From Candidatus Omnitrophota bacterium (lineage in GTDB: Bacteria > Omnitrophota > Omnitrophia > Omnitrophales > Aquincolibacteriaceae): DNA of 64,000 nucleotides. The notes below the pieces were generated by a model that saw nothing but the letters and a program-made list of their open reading frames with translations, made no database searches and had not been told where the DNA came from. The stretch lies in contig JAKLIQ010000003.1 in NCBI GenBank assembly GCA_022709525.1, positions 65,771-129,770 on the forward strand, in the 5' to 3' direction. Below, one piece after another: positions 19,425 through 30,119 of this stretch (its first letter is position 1; each line of letters starts with the position of its first letter). Both the position numbers and the translations under genes were made by a program.

Positions 19425-20384
19425 TTAGACAAGGAAAGTCTGCAAAAAGTTAAAAAGATAGCCGGTAAAAACAATGCCGAGCGCTGTGATCCCGAAAAAG
19501 ATCGCGATAAGCGGCAATTTCATTGCCCGGCGCAGCATCACGGCTTCCGGGAGACTTAACGCCGAGACGGCCATCATAAAAGAAAGTGCGGTCCCGAGCG
19601 GGACACCTTTCTGGAAAAGCACGACGGCGACGGGGATAATGGCCGCGCAACTGCCGTACAACGGGACGCCGAGCAGCGTCGCGATCGGAACGGAGAAATA
19701 GCCGGTCTTGGCGATGATCCCGTGGATCGTTTGCTCGGGGACATAATTATGGATCAAGGCGCCGATCCCGACGCCTACAAGGATCCAGACCCAAAGTTTT
19801 TTAAGGATCAAGAGGGCTTCACGGAAGCCAAAAGCGATGCGCGATTTAAGGCCGCTATAAGCCGCGCTTTGAAGTTCCGACGAGCCCTGCGGCAGCATAT
19901 CTTCCACTAGGTGGACCTCAAGCTTCATTTTTCCGAGGATGACCCCGCAGGCGATCCCGATCGCCATACCGCTTAGGATATAAGCGAGCGTGATCTTCCA
20001 ACCGAAAAATCCGAGCATCAGGACCACAAGATATTCGTTAATAAGCGGGGAAGTGATCAAAAAGGAGAATGTGATCCCGAGCGGGATGCCCGCCTTGATA
20101 AAACTTAAAAAAAGAGGGATGGAAGAGCAGGAACAAAAAGGCGTGACTGCGCCGAAAAGCGACGCAAAGAAATTGCCCCACCCTTTTTTCTTGCCGATCC
20201 ACCCTTTAACCTTTTCGTGGGGCAGCCAGGTTCGCAGGAACCCGATCGCCGCGATCATTCCGAAAAGAAGAAGAAGGATCTTGACGGAGTCGTAGAGAAA
20301 GAAGGCCACCGCTTCCGCCCATCGCGCTTCGGGCGGAAGCCGGAGAACCGTGTAAACCAGCCAGTCGACCGCTACCCGCAGCAT
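19425..20384 (-). CDS. ArsP_1/COG0701-family permease (organoarsenical-efflux-permease-like)
   Basis: 319 aa, ~8-10 TM; [15 protein letters not shown] matches the ArsP TPFcSCSxxP motif. Confidence 0.7.
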   Translation of the reverse strand: MLRVAVDWLVYTVLRLPPEARWAEAVAFFLYDSVKILLLLFGMIAAIGFLRTWLPHEKVKGWIGKKKGWGNFFASLFGAVTPFCSCSSIPLFLSFIKAGIPLGITFSFLITSPLINEYLVVLMLGFFGWKITLAYILSGMAIGIACGVILGKMKLEVHLVEDMLPQGSSELQSAAYSGLKSRIAFGFREALLILKKLWVWILVGVGIGALIHNYVPEQTIHGIIAKTGYFSVPIATLLGVPLYGSCAAIIPVAVVLFQKGVPLGTALSFMMAVSALSLPEAVMLRRAMKLPLIAIFFGITALGIVFTGYLFNFLQTFLV

Positions 20385-20518
20385 GGGCCCTCTGGGTCTT
20401 TTTTGGAGGCACAGCCGCAGCCGGTCTTTTTGGCCTTTTCTTCGAGTTTTTTATCGATCTTTTCGAAAAGCTTCGTGAAAAAACCTTTTTTTTCGCTTGC
20501 CGGTCCTTTTTTTTCCAT
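20372..20518 (-). CDS. micro-ORF B: 48-aa Lys-rich peptide [48 protein letters not shown]
   Basis: starts 3 nt after micro-ORF A stop; stop overlaps ArsP-like start by 13 nt; frame requires T6 run near 20399-20404 as implied by ORF-track translations. Confidence 0.45.
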   Translation of the reverse strand: MEKKGPASEKKGFFTKLFEKIDKKLEEKAKKTGCGCASKKDPEGPCCG

Positions 20519-20521
20519 ACT

Positions 20522-20602
20522 TTAGCCGCAGCAGCAGCCGCAACGGGATTTTTTTGCTGTTTTTTTGGCTTTCTTTTTTGATTTCTTCGCTTTCTTGGCC
20601 AT
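20522..20602 (-). CDS. micro-ORF A: 26-aa Lys-rich peptide MAKKAKKSKKKAKKTAKKSRCGCCCG
   Basis: perfect AGGAGG 7 nt upstream of ATG; same strand as flanking transporters; shares AKK[ST]x0-1CGC...CCG pattern with ORF B. Confidence 0.5.
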   Translation of the reverse strand: MAKKAKKSKKKAKKTAKKSRCGCCCG

Positions 20603-20619
20603 GTTCCTGTTCCTCCTTT

Positions 20620-20892
20620 TTAGATTTTGTTAAAGAACATTAAAAATCCGATCACCACAAAAGCCGTCGCGCCGCCGTAGCGTATAAACTCGGGTTTTAT
20701 ATATTTTGCCAGTAACGTGCCAAGGACGACCGAGATCAGCGTGACGAGCATGTACCCGGCGACCGAACCTAAAAAAACCGACAAGGGCTTTCCGGTCTTT
20801 GCGGACATGGTGATCCCCACAAGCTGGGTCTTGTCGGCAAGCTCGGCGAAGAAGATTGCGCTGAAGGTCGCTAAAAAAACTTTCAGATCCAT
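20620..20892 (-). CDS. UPF0016 (GDT1/TMEM165) single-domain membrane protein
   Basis: 90 aa, 3 TM; E-x-G-D-[KR]-[TS]-type motif ELADKTQ; AGGAGG RBS. Confidence 0.7.
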   Translation of the reverse strand: MDLKVFLATFSAIFFAELADKTQLVGITMSAKTGKPLSVFLGSVAGYMLVTLISVVLGTLLAKYIKPEFIRYGGATAFVVIGFLMFFNKI

Positions 20893-20958
20893 GAGATCCT
20901 CCTTTAAAAAACGGTTCGCGGGAACAATTCTAACGTAAATGAAAAGAACGGAAAAGAA

Positions 20959-21837
20959 TTAAAGGAGCAGGTTGAGCAGGGCCCCGGCCGCGAGGCTTAT
21001 CAACGCCAGGAGGACGATGATCAAGGAGGTTTCTCTCCGGTCTTTGTTCTCTTTTAGAAGGACCAGCATGCCGAGGCCCCCGCCCGCCGAAAGGCCCGCA
21101 ACGGCCGACCCAAAGGTGATGCCCCCCTTTAGGTAGATTTCGGCAATTGCCACGGACGCGGCGCAGTTGGGGATCAGGCCCACGGCTACGGCCAGAAGCG
21201 GCTGGAAAACAGTGCCGGCAAAAAAGAAACGCTCCATGCCCGCTTCGCCCAACTTTGCGACCAAAAGCCCGATCCCGAGCGATATCGCGAAAATAAAAAG
21301 CAGGACCTTCAGGGTGTGTTTGAGCGGAAAAAGAAAGAGCGCCTTCCATTTCGGGATCTCGCAACCGTGGGCATGACATCCGCAAGCGCGATGGCCTCCT
21401 TCAGGGACAACGGGGCCGTGCGGCGGATGCGGTTCCCGAACGGCCTTTTGATTCAAGATAAGATCGACCGCGTACCCCGCGGCGGTCGCGATGATGACTT
21501 TAACAAGAAGAAGCCAAAAAACAAGGATGGCTTTATCCGGCTGGGCGAGAAAAACAGGAACGGCTTCATCCGAGGTCGAGAGAAAAACAGCCAGAAGGGT
21601 TCCCATGGAAATACAGCGGCGGGCATAAAGCGTAGCGGCGATCACGGAAAAACCGCATTGGGGAATACAGCCGAAAAGCGCGCCCAAAAAAGGCGCGATG
21701 CCCTTTCGGTGACTGATCTTCTCCCCGATAAAGGATTCCGATTTGTTTTCAAAGAATTCAAGCGCGATATAGATCCCCAAAAGCCAAGGAAACATGGCGA
21801 AGGTGTCTTTGAGGGCGTCGGCCAGGATCTCGTTCAT
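20959..21837 (-). CDS. polytopic permease with His/Cys-rich loop (putative heavy-metal exporter-like, possibly ArsP_2/DUF2899-like)
   Basis: ~292 aa from ATG with AGGAG upstream (track used TTG at 21876); loop REPHPPHGPVVPEGGHRACGCHAHGCE; family assignment from memory. Confidence 0.5.
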   Translation of the reverse strand: MNEILADALKDTFAMFPWLLGIYIALEFFENKSESFIGEKISHRKGIAPFLGALFGCIPQCGFSVIAATLYARRCISMGTLLAVFLSTSDEAVPVFLAQPDKAILVFWLLLVKVIIATAAGYAVDLILNQKAVREPHPPHGPVVPEGGHRACGCHAHGCEIPKWKALFLFPLKHTLKVLLFIFAISLGIGLLVAKLGEAGMERFFFAGTVFQPLLAVAVGLIPNCAASVAIAEIYLKGGITFGSAVAGLSAGGGLGMLVLLKENKDRRETSLIIVLLALISLAAGALLNLLL

Positions 21838-21891
21838 TTTTTTTGCGCGGCTCCTGATTGTAGGAAATAAACACAAGGATAGTACTTAAGA

Positions 21892-22155
21892 ATGCGTTCG
21901 AAATCAAGAAGTCCGCGAGAACGGGCGCCGCTTGCGGCGGGGTTCCGATTCTGCGACAATAATGGGGTGAAAAATTATCTCTGGAAATACTTTTTGCCGG
22001 GGGCGGTCTTGGTCGGCTGCGCGTTCTGGGCCGGGACGCTTCCAAGCCCGGTCTTTGCGCTCGCGGGATTCCTTTCTTTTTTCGTGATCGGCGTGACACT
22101 GATCGTCGAAGGGCGCAAAAAAAGCAGACAGCAGACCACGGACCACAAACGATAG
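21892..22155 (+). CDS. hypothetical small membrane protein
   Basis: 87-aa ORF, 2 predicted TM; divergent from permease operon; true start uncertain. Confidence 0.3.
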   Translation: MRSKSRSPRERAPLAAGFRFCDNNGVKNYLWKYFLPGAVLVGCAFWAGTLPSPVFALAGFLSFFVIGVTLIVEGRKKSRQQTTDHKR

Positions 22156-22218
22156 CTAAAAGCTTTAGCGGAGGCCTTCAGTCCCTAGTCTCTTGTCTAA
22201 CCGAAGCAGGAGGTTTAT

Positions 22219-22611
22219 GTGGCTTACTTCAAGTGGTTGAGCATCGTTCTTGGAAGCTGGATGCTTTTAGGCGGGCTCTGGGTCGTTTTTTTCACCAGGG
22301 CCTGGAAAGACCTTGTCCTTAAAATGTGCCCCGAAAAACGTCCCGTTTGGCTTCTTTGGGTAAACCTGTTTTTCCTGGGGTTTCTGATCTGGACCTGGTA
22401 CTGGTTCCTCCTGAATCTAAGCCCTTACTCCTTTGTTGCGACCTTTGTGGTCAGTCTTTCGCTTGCGAAAATGATCCCCGCTGTTTTTTTCTATGCCAAG
22501 TTCCGGGAGATCGTTCTCGGCCTTATGAACGAACCTGTTGCGTTGCGCATGGTCATGCTGAGCTCCGCCGCTATCGGCGCCGCACTCCTTACGATGGGAC
22601 TCTTTTTTTAA
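22219..22611 (+). CDS. hypothetical membrane protein (4 TM)
   Basis: 130 aa, GTG start preceded by GCAGGAGG. Confidence 0.45.
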   Translation: MAYFKWLSIVLGSWMLLGGLWVVFFTRAWKDLVLKMCPEKRPVWLLWVNLFFLGFLIWTWYWFLLNLSPYSFVATFVVSLSLAKMIPAVFFYAKFREIVLGLMNEPVALRMVMLSSAAIGAALLTMGLFF

Positions 22612-22639
22612 CAACCGGCTTTTTCCAAAAAAGGCGCGT

Positions 22640-23797
22640 ATGAAGGTCTGCCATACCGAGAAACTTCCCATCAAGATGTGGCTTGAGGATATCGAGGAAG
22701 GGGCCATGGAGCAGCTTCGCAATCTCGCCAATCTTCCTTTCGCTTTCAAACACATCGCCGTCATGCCCGACAGCCACCAAGGCTACGGCATGCCCATCGG
22801 CGGAGTGCTTGCGACGCAGGGCGTGATCATTCCGAACGCCGTAGGCGTCGATATCGGTTGCGGCATGTGCGCGGTAAGAACCAGTCTCGAAGGGATCGAC
22901 CGGGAAATCCTAAAAAAGATTGTCTGGGGGATCAAAGCCCTTATCCCTGTCGGCTTTGAGCATCACAAGACCCCGCAAAACGAAATTTATATGCCGGATA
23001 AACATTTTGAGCTTGGCCCTGTCTGCCAGCGCGAATATCACAGCGCCTTAACGCAGATCGGCACGCTCGGCGGCGGAAACCATTTCATCGAAGTTCAAAA
23101 AGGTTCGGATGGGGCGGTCTGGGTCATGGTCCACAGCGGAAGCCGGAACCTCGGCAAGCAGGTCGCCGACCACTACAACCGTATTGCCATCCGCTTGAAC
23201 GAAAAAATGCATTCGTCAGTTCCGGCGGCGCATGAGCTTGCGTTCCTTCTCGAAGATAGCGACGAAGGAAGGGCCTATATCCGCGAAATGAACTATTGTG
23301 TGGAATTCGCTTTTCAGAACCGGAAGCTCATGATCGAACGGATCGCCGATTGTTTTTTAAAATACACCCGCTGTTTTTTCGAGCCGATGATCAATATCGC
23401 CCACAACTATGCGCGGAAAGAAAACCATTTTGGCCGGGACGTGTGGGTCCACCGGAAAGGCGCGACCTCGGCAAAAAAAGGCGAAGCCGGGATCGTGCCC
23501 GGCTCTCAAGGGACAAAAAGTTATATCGTGCGAGGAAAAGGGAGCCCCGAAAGTTTCGAGTCTTGTTCCCACGGCGCAGGCCGCAAGATGGGCCGCAAAC
23601 AGGCCCAGCGCTCACTGGATCTTAAAAAAGAGATCGAGAAAATGAATGCTCAAGGGATCATTCACGATATCCGTGGCGTTCGCTCACTTGACGAAGCTCC
23701 CGGCGCCTACAAGGATATTTCGGAGGTCATGAAACAGCAGTCCGACCTCGTCGATATCGAAGTCGAACTTTCCCCACTAGCTGTTATTAAGGGATGA
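22640..23797 (+). CDS. rtcB: RNA-splicing ligase RtcB
   Basis: 385 aa; MPDSHQGYG, GVDIGCGM, GGGNHF metal-binding motifs. Confidence 0.88.
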   Translation: MKVCHTEKLPIKMWLEDIEEGAMEQLRNLANLPFAFKHIAVMPDSHQGYGMPIGGVLATQGVIIPNAVGVDIGCGMCAVRTSLEGIDREILKKIVWGIKALIPVGFEHHKTPQNEIYMPDKHFELGPVCQREYHSALTQIGTLGGGNHFIEVQKGSDGAVWVMVHSGSRNLGKQVADHYNRIAIRLNEKMHSSVPAAHELAFLLEDSDEGRAYIREMNYCVEFAFQNRKLMIERIADCFLKYTRCFFEPMINIAHNYARKENHFGRDVWVHRKGATSAKKGEAGIVPGSQGTKSYIVRGKGSPESFESCSHGAGRKMGRKQAQRSLDLKKEIEKMNAQGIIHDIRGVRSLDEAPGAYKDISEVMKQQSDLVDIEVELSPLAVIKG

Positions 23798-23841
23798 AAA
23801 AAGCGGCTTATGTCTCACCATGAAGTGAAAGGGAAAGATCA

Positions 23842-24096
23842 ATGAAAAAAGTACCGGCAATTTTAACAATAGCGATTGCAGCAAGTATTTTTATGGGACA
23901 AACCCACGAAGCACACGCGATCCTGGGGATCCGCGCCGCGAGAACCGCGCTTGCGGCCCGGAAGGCCAAGCAAGCCCTTGCCGAAGATCCGAATGCGGAG
24001 GCGACGAAAAAAACCAATGAGGATCTCCAGCGCCTCAAGGAGGAAAACGGGCGTTCTGCCGCTCAGCCTCCGTCTTACGGGAAAACACGGTTTTAG
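23842..24096 (+). CDS. hypothetical secreted protein
   Basis: 84 aa; N-terminal signal peptide, A/K-rich helical region. Confidence 0.4.
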   Translation: MKKVPAILTIAIAASIFMGQTHEAHAILGIRAARTALAARKAKQALAEDPNAEATKKTNEDLQRLKEENGRSAAQPPSYGKTRF

Positions 24097-24108
24097 GAGA
24101 AAATACAT

Positions 24109-24642
24109 ATGAAAAAACCTTTTCCGTTGGCAAAAGTCTATACATTGCTTGAGCCGGGGGCGGTGGCGATGGTCACAACGGCGCTTAAAGACCGGGCGAA
24201 CATCATGACGATGTCTTGGCATACGATGATCGATTTTGATCCGCCGCTCGCGGGACTTGTGATCGGCGATCAAAGTCAAACATTCCAAACCTTGAAGAGG
24301 ACGGGCGAGTGCGTGATCAATATTCCGGAGACGGGGCTCCTCAAAAAAGCCGTGGCCTGCGGGAATGTTTCGGGAAGGACGGTAAATAAATTCAAAGCGT
24401 TCGGGCTGACACCCGTCAAAGCGTCCAAGGTCAAAGCGCCGCTTGTCAAAGAATGCCCCGTCAACCTGGAGTGCAAAGTGGTTCACCGGACGCTGGCTAA
24501 CCGTTACAATTTTTTCATCCTCAAAATCGTCAAGGCGTGGGCCGACCCTAACAAGAAGGATCTCCGGACGTTCCGTCATCTGGGGAAAGGCGTTTTTCTT
24601 GCGGGCGGGAAAAAGATCAAAACCTCTTCCCGGATGAAATGA
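24109..24642 (+). CDS. flavin reductase-like domain protein (paralog of 14201..14767)
   Basis: 177 aa; MSWHTMIDFDPPL..GNVSGRTVNKFKAFGLTPVK. Confidence 0.6.
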   Translation: MKKPFPLAKVYTLLEPGAVAMVTTALKDRANIMTMSWHTMIDFDPPLAGLVIGDQSQTFQTLKRTGECVINIPETGLLKKAVACGNVSGRTVNKFKAFGLTPVKASKVKAPLVKECPVNLECKVVHRTLANRYNFFILKIVKAWADPNKKDLRTFRHLGKGVFLAGGKKIKTSSRMK

Positions 24643-24644
24643 TC

Positions 24645-24908
24645 TTAAAGGGGAGAACAGCTCTGGGTTAAAAAGACCGCCTGGTTGGATTTGATCTCAA
24701 AGAAACCGGGCCCCACCCGAAAATCTTTTTCCAGCCCGATCATTTCTTTGGCGATCAATTTCCCGCCTTTGGAAGAGGTAAGATAAGGAGCGTGATAGGC
24801 GAGGACTCCCGCAAAACCGTTCTCCGTCGGAACAAAGGTATGGAAAACGGTTCCTTCGTAAGCGATTCCCTGAGGCGTGACGATCTTAAGGGAATAGGGA
24901 ACAGGCAT
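24645..24908 (-). CDS. atpC: F0F1 ATP synthase subunit epsilon, short form (beta-sandwich only)
   Basis: 87 aa; LKIVTPQGIAYEGTV...GFAGVLAYHAPYLTSSKGGKL; last gene of atp operon. Confidence 0.8.
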   Translation of the reverse strand: MPVPYSLKIVTPQGIAYEGTVFHTFVPTENGFAGVLAYHAPYLTSSKGGKLIAKEMIGLEKDFRVGPGFFEIKSNQAVFLTQSCSPL

Positions 24909-24909
24909 G

Positions 24910-27265
<2,356 letters not shown>

Positions 27266-27274
27266 AGCATTCGT

Positions 27275-28777
27275 TTATTTGAAATTACTTTTGAATTTTG
27301 TGACTGCCTGTTTTAGATTTTCCTTGAGCGTATCCGAAATAATTTTTTTCTCTTCGATCTCCAAAAAGATCTCGTGATAGTTCTTGTCGATAAAATCCCA
27401 AAGTTTCGCCTCGAAATTCTTCACGCGACCGAGAGGGATATCATCGAGGAAACCTTCGTTACCCGCAAAAATGCTGACCACCTGTTTTTCCAGCGGGAGC
27501 GGCTCAAGGTCGTTTTGTTTCAGGATCTCAACCATGCGCTCCCCGCGCGTGAGTTGGTCTTTCGTGGCCTTGTCCAGGTCGGTGGAAAGTTGGGCGAAGG
27601 CCTGAAGCTCGCGGTATTGTGCGAGTGAAAGCCGGAGCATGCCAGCAACCTGTTTCATGGCTTTGGTCTGGGCGTTGCCGCCGACGCGGGAGACGGAAAG
27701 CCCGACATTGATAGCGGGCCGTACGCCCGCGTAAAAAAGATCGCTTTCAAGATAGATCTGGCCGTCCGTGATGGAAATAACGTTCGTAGGAATGTAGGCC
27801 GAAATATCGCCCAGCTGCGTTTCGATCACGGGAAGGGCGGTGAGCGATCCTCCGCCCAGATCTTCGCGCATTTTTGCCGCGCGCTCAAGGAGTCGCGAAT
27901 GAAGATAAAAAACATCGCCCGGATAGGCCTCGCGTCCGGGAGGCCGTTGAAGCAGAAGCGAGAGTTGGCGATAGGCGACCGCATGTTTGGAAAGATCGTC
28001 ATAAACCACGAGGGCATGCTTGCCCGTAAAAAGGGATTCTTCGCCGATCGCGGCACCGGCGTAAGGTGCAAGATATTGAAGCGGCGCCGGGTCTTCGGAA
28101 GAGGCACAGACGATCGTGCTGTATTCCATCGCACCGTATTTCTGAAGCGTTTCCGTAAGCGCCACCACGCTTGAAAGTTTCTGGCCGATCGCGACATAAA
28201 TGCAGTGAACGCCGGTCTCTTTTTGATTGAGGATCGTGTCGATCAGGATCGCAGTTTTTCCGGTCTGGCGGTCGCCGATGATCAGTTCGCGTTGACCACG
28301 GCCGATCGGGATCATGGAATCGATTGCCTTGATGCCGGTCTGTAAAGGCTCTTTAACGGGCTGGCGCTGGACCACGGAAGGAGGAAGCGATTCGATCGGG
28401 CGCGTTTTCTTCGCGGGAACAGGGCCCTTGCCGTCAAGCGGTTCCCCGAGCGGGTTGATCACCCTGCCTTTAAGCGCGTCGCCGACCGGCACTTGCGCGA
28501 TCTTGCCGGTACGTTTGACCTGGTCGCCTTCCTTGATCTCACGGTCTTCGCCGAGCACCACGACGCCGACATGGCTTGGTTCAAGATTGAGCACGAGGCC
28601 GGTGGTCCCGTTGGCGAACGTGACCAATTCGCCTGCCATAACCTCGTCAAGGCCGTAAACGCGGGCGATGCCGTCGCCTACCTGGAGAACATATCCGACG
28701 GACTGCATTTCGATCTTAGCCGCGTATTTTTGGATCTCTTTTTCAATTGCTTGCGTGACTTCTTCGGGTTTAAGCAT
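27275..28777 (-). CDS. atpA: F0F1 ATP synthase subunit alpha
   Basis: 500 aa; GDRQTGKT. Confidence 0.97.
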   Translation of the reverse strand: MLKPEEVTQAIEKEIQKYAAKIEMQSVGYVLQVGDGIARVYGLDEVMAGELVTFANGTTGLVLNLEPSHVGVVVLGEDREIKEGDQVKRTGKIAQVPVGDALKGRVINPLGEPLDGKGPVPAKKTRPIESLPPSVVQRQPVKEPLQTGIKAIDSMIPIGRGQRELIIGDRQTGKTAILIDTILNQKETGVHCIYVAIGQKLSSVVALTETLQKYGAMEYSTIVCASSEDPAPLQYLAPYAGAAIGEESLFTGKHALVVYDDLSKHAVAYRQLSLLLQRPPGREAYPGDVFYLHSRLLERAAKMREDLGGGSLTALPVIETQLGDISAYIPTNVISITDGQIYLESDLFYAGVRPAINVGLSVSRVGGNAQTKAMKQVAGMLRLSLAQYRELQAFAQLSTDLDKATKDQLTRGERMVEILKQNDLEPLPLEKQVVSIFAGNEGFLDDIPLGRVKNFEAKLWDFIDKNYHEIFLEIEEKKIISDTLKENLKQAVTKFKSNFK

Positions 28778-29367
28778 CAGACGGTCCCTTCTTCGACGGG
28801 GCTTAAAAGTTGTTGTTGAATCTCTTCAAGGCGGTTCTTAAAACTACAATCGATCTCTTTGCCGTTAAAGCGCAGCACAAAGCCCCCGAGAAGATCATGG
28901 TCGATCTTGGGGATCAGCCGGATCTCGGCGCGAGATTCGGCGTTTTGAACGGACGCGGCGTCCCGGAGCCGCTGACTTAAAACAGTTCTGAGTTTTTCGC
29001 GGAATTTCTCTGAGAGGGGAATCGCCGAGAGCACTTCCACTTCCTGCACGCCTTGTTTTCGTTCGAAACGGTCATGAAAGATCTTTTGGATATCGGGTAA
29101 AAGAGCGAAACGTTTTTTATCGATCAGGACGCGGAGGAACCTTTCCAGAAGCCCGCTTCTTTTTTTCGGAAATACCTTAAGAATCAACGCGTATTTTTCA
29201 TCATTTGTGAGCGTGGGATTCGCCATAAGGAGCCCGATCTTCGGCTCCGCTTTCAAAGCCGCCACAAGCGCGAGGAGATCGGCCTCCATTCCGGCGAGGA
29301 GATCTTCTTTTTCCGCAAGCTCAAATAAGGCGCGGGCGTAACGGCCCGGGGCGATCACGTCGTTCAT
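28777..29367 (-). CDS. atpH: F0F1 ATP synthase subunit delta
   Basis: 196 aa; OSCP-like; operon position. Confidence 0.85.
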   Translation of the reverse strand: MNDVIAPGRYARALFELAEKEDLLAGMEADLLALVAALKAEPKIGLLMANPTLTNDEKYALILKVFPKKRSGLLERFLRVLIDKKRFALLPDIQKIFHDRFERKQGVQEVEVLSAIPLSEKFREKLRTVLSQRLRDAASVQNAESRAEIRLIPKIDHDLLGGFVLRFNGKEIDCSFKNRLEEIQQQLLSPVEEGTV

Positions 29368-29864
29368 AGTTTTTTCTCAAGCTCTCCGAGTATCTCGAGG
29401 GCCTTTTTTTCCTGGCTATCAGCGTCCATTTTTTCCTTTAGGATTTTTTCTGCGACCCGGATCGAAAGTTCCGCAATTTCCCGGCGCATCGTAAGGCGCG
29501 CTTTTTCGATCTCAAGGTCAAGGCTCGCTTTGGCCTTTTCAAAAGAGGTCTGGGACTCCAGGCGGGCCTTTTCCTGGATGTCGCGCGCGAGGCGGCGGCC
29601 TTCCTGGACCGCTTCCTGCATTTTCGCACGGGCTTCTTCTTCGATCTTCTGAAGGTGCGCGCGGTAATCTTTCTCGAGCGCCGCGACGCTCTGCTTGGCT
29701 TTTTCGATCTCACCCCACTCGTCCTCAAACCTCTCGCGGCGGGAACGGATGATGGAAAGAAGCGGCTGCCACGCGAACTTTTTGAGCAGGGCGAAGACGA
29801 TCAGGAAAGCGACAAGCTGGACGACGACCTCCGCCAGATGAATGTTCTCTTGAAAGAACTCCAT
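29364..29864 (-). CDS. atpF: F0F1 ATP synthase subunit b
   Basis: 166 aa; N-terminal TM then charged coiled coil. Confidence 0.85.
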   Translation of the reverse strand: MEFFQENIHLAEVVVQLVAFLIVFALLKKFAWQPLLSIIRSRRERFEDEWGEIEKAKQSVAALEKDYRAHLQKIEEEARAKMQEAVQEGRRLARDIQEKARLESQTSFEKAKASLDLEIEKARLTMRREIAELSIRVAEKILKEKMDADSQEKKALEILGELEKKL

Positions 29865-29877
29865 GACGATGCCGGGT

Positions 29878-30108
29878 CTAGATCTTTCCCATCAATACGA
29901 AACCGAAGATCAGGACATAAAGCGTCAAGGCCTCGATCAGCGCGCAGCCGGCCATCATGTTGACCAGGATCTTCTGGGCGGCCTCCGGCTGGCGACCTGT
30001 GGCGTCCATGGCGGCCGCGACGGCTTTGCCGAGCGCGATGGCCGACCCGAAGGCGGTGATCGCAAGCCCCAGCGGCAGTGCAAAACCTAATGCGATGTGT
30101 GAATCCAT
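29878..30108 (-). CDS. atpE: F0F1 ATP synthase subunit c
   Basis: 76 aa hairpin; conserved carboxylate in ALIEALTLY. Confidence 0.92.
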   Translation of the reverse strand: MDSHIALGFALPLGLAITAFGSAIALGKAVAAAMDATGRQPEAAQKILVNMMAGCALIEALTLYVLIFGFVLMGKI

Positions 30109-30119
30109 GTTGATTCTCC

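Noticed and set aside
20206-20412. 68-aa minus-strand ORF overlapping the ArsP-like start
   Set aside because: Out of frame with ArsP and micro-ORF B; G/S/A-rich low complexity; no RBS.
20217-20525. 102-aa plus-strand ORF (GTG start) over the micro-ORF region
   Set aside because: No RBS and opposite orientation to the operon. The minus strand instead carries two short ORFs, the first preceded by a perfect SD (AGGAGG) and the second translationally coupled to it (start 3 nt after the first one's stop), so the minus-strand reading is preferred.
13400-22000. Search for a fluoride (crcB-motif) riboswitch near crcB or at the operon head
   Set aside because: Spacers are too short, and the candidate 5' region lacks the conserved GAUGG / AAACnGCC / CUGAUG blocks.
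23863-24579. 238-aa minus-strand ORF spanning the secreted-protein and flavin-reductase genes
   Set aside because: Arg-rich, overlaps two plus-strand genes that have RBSs and family motifs.
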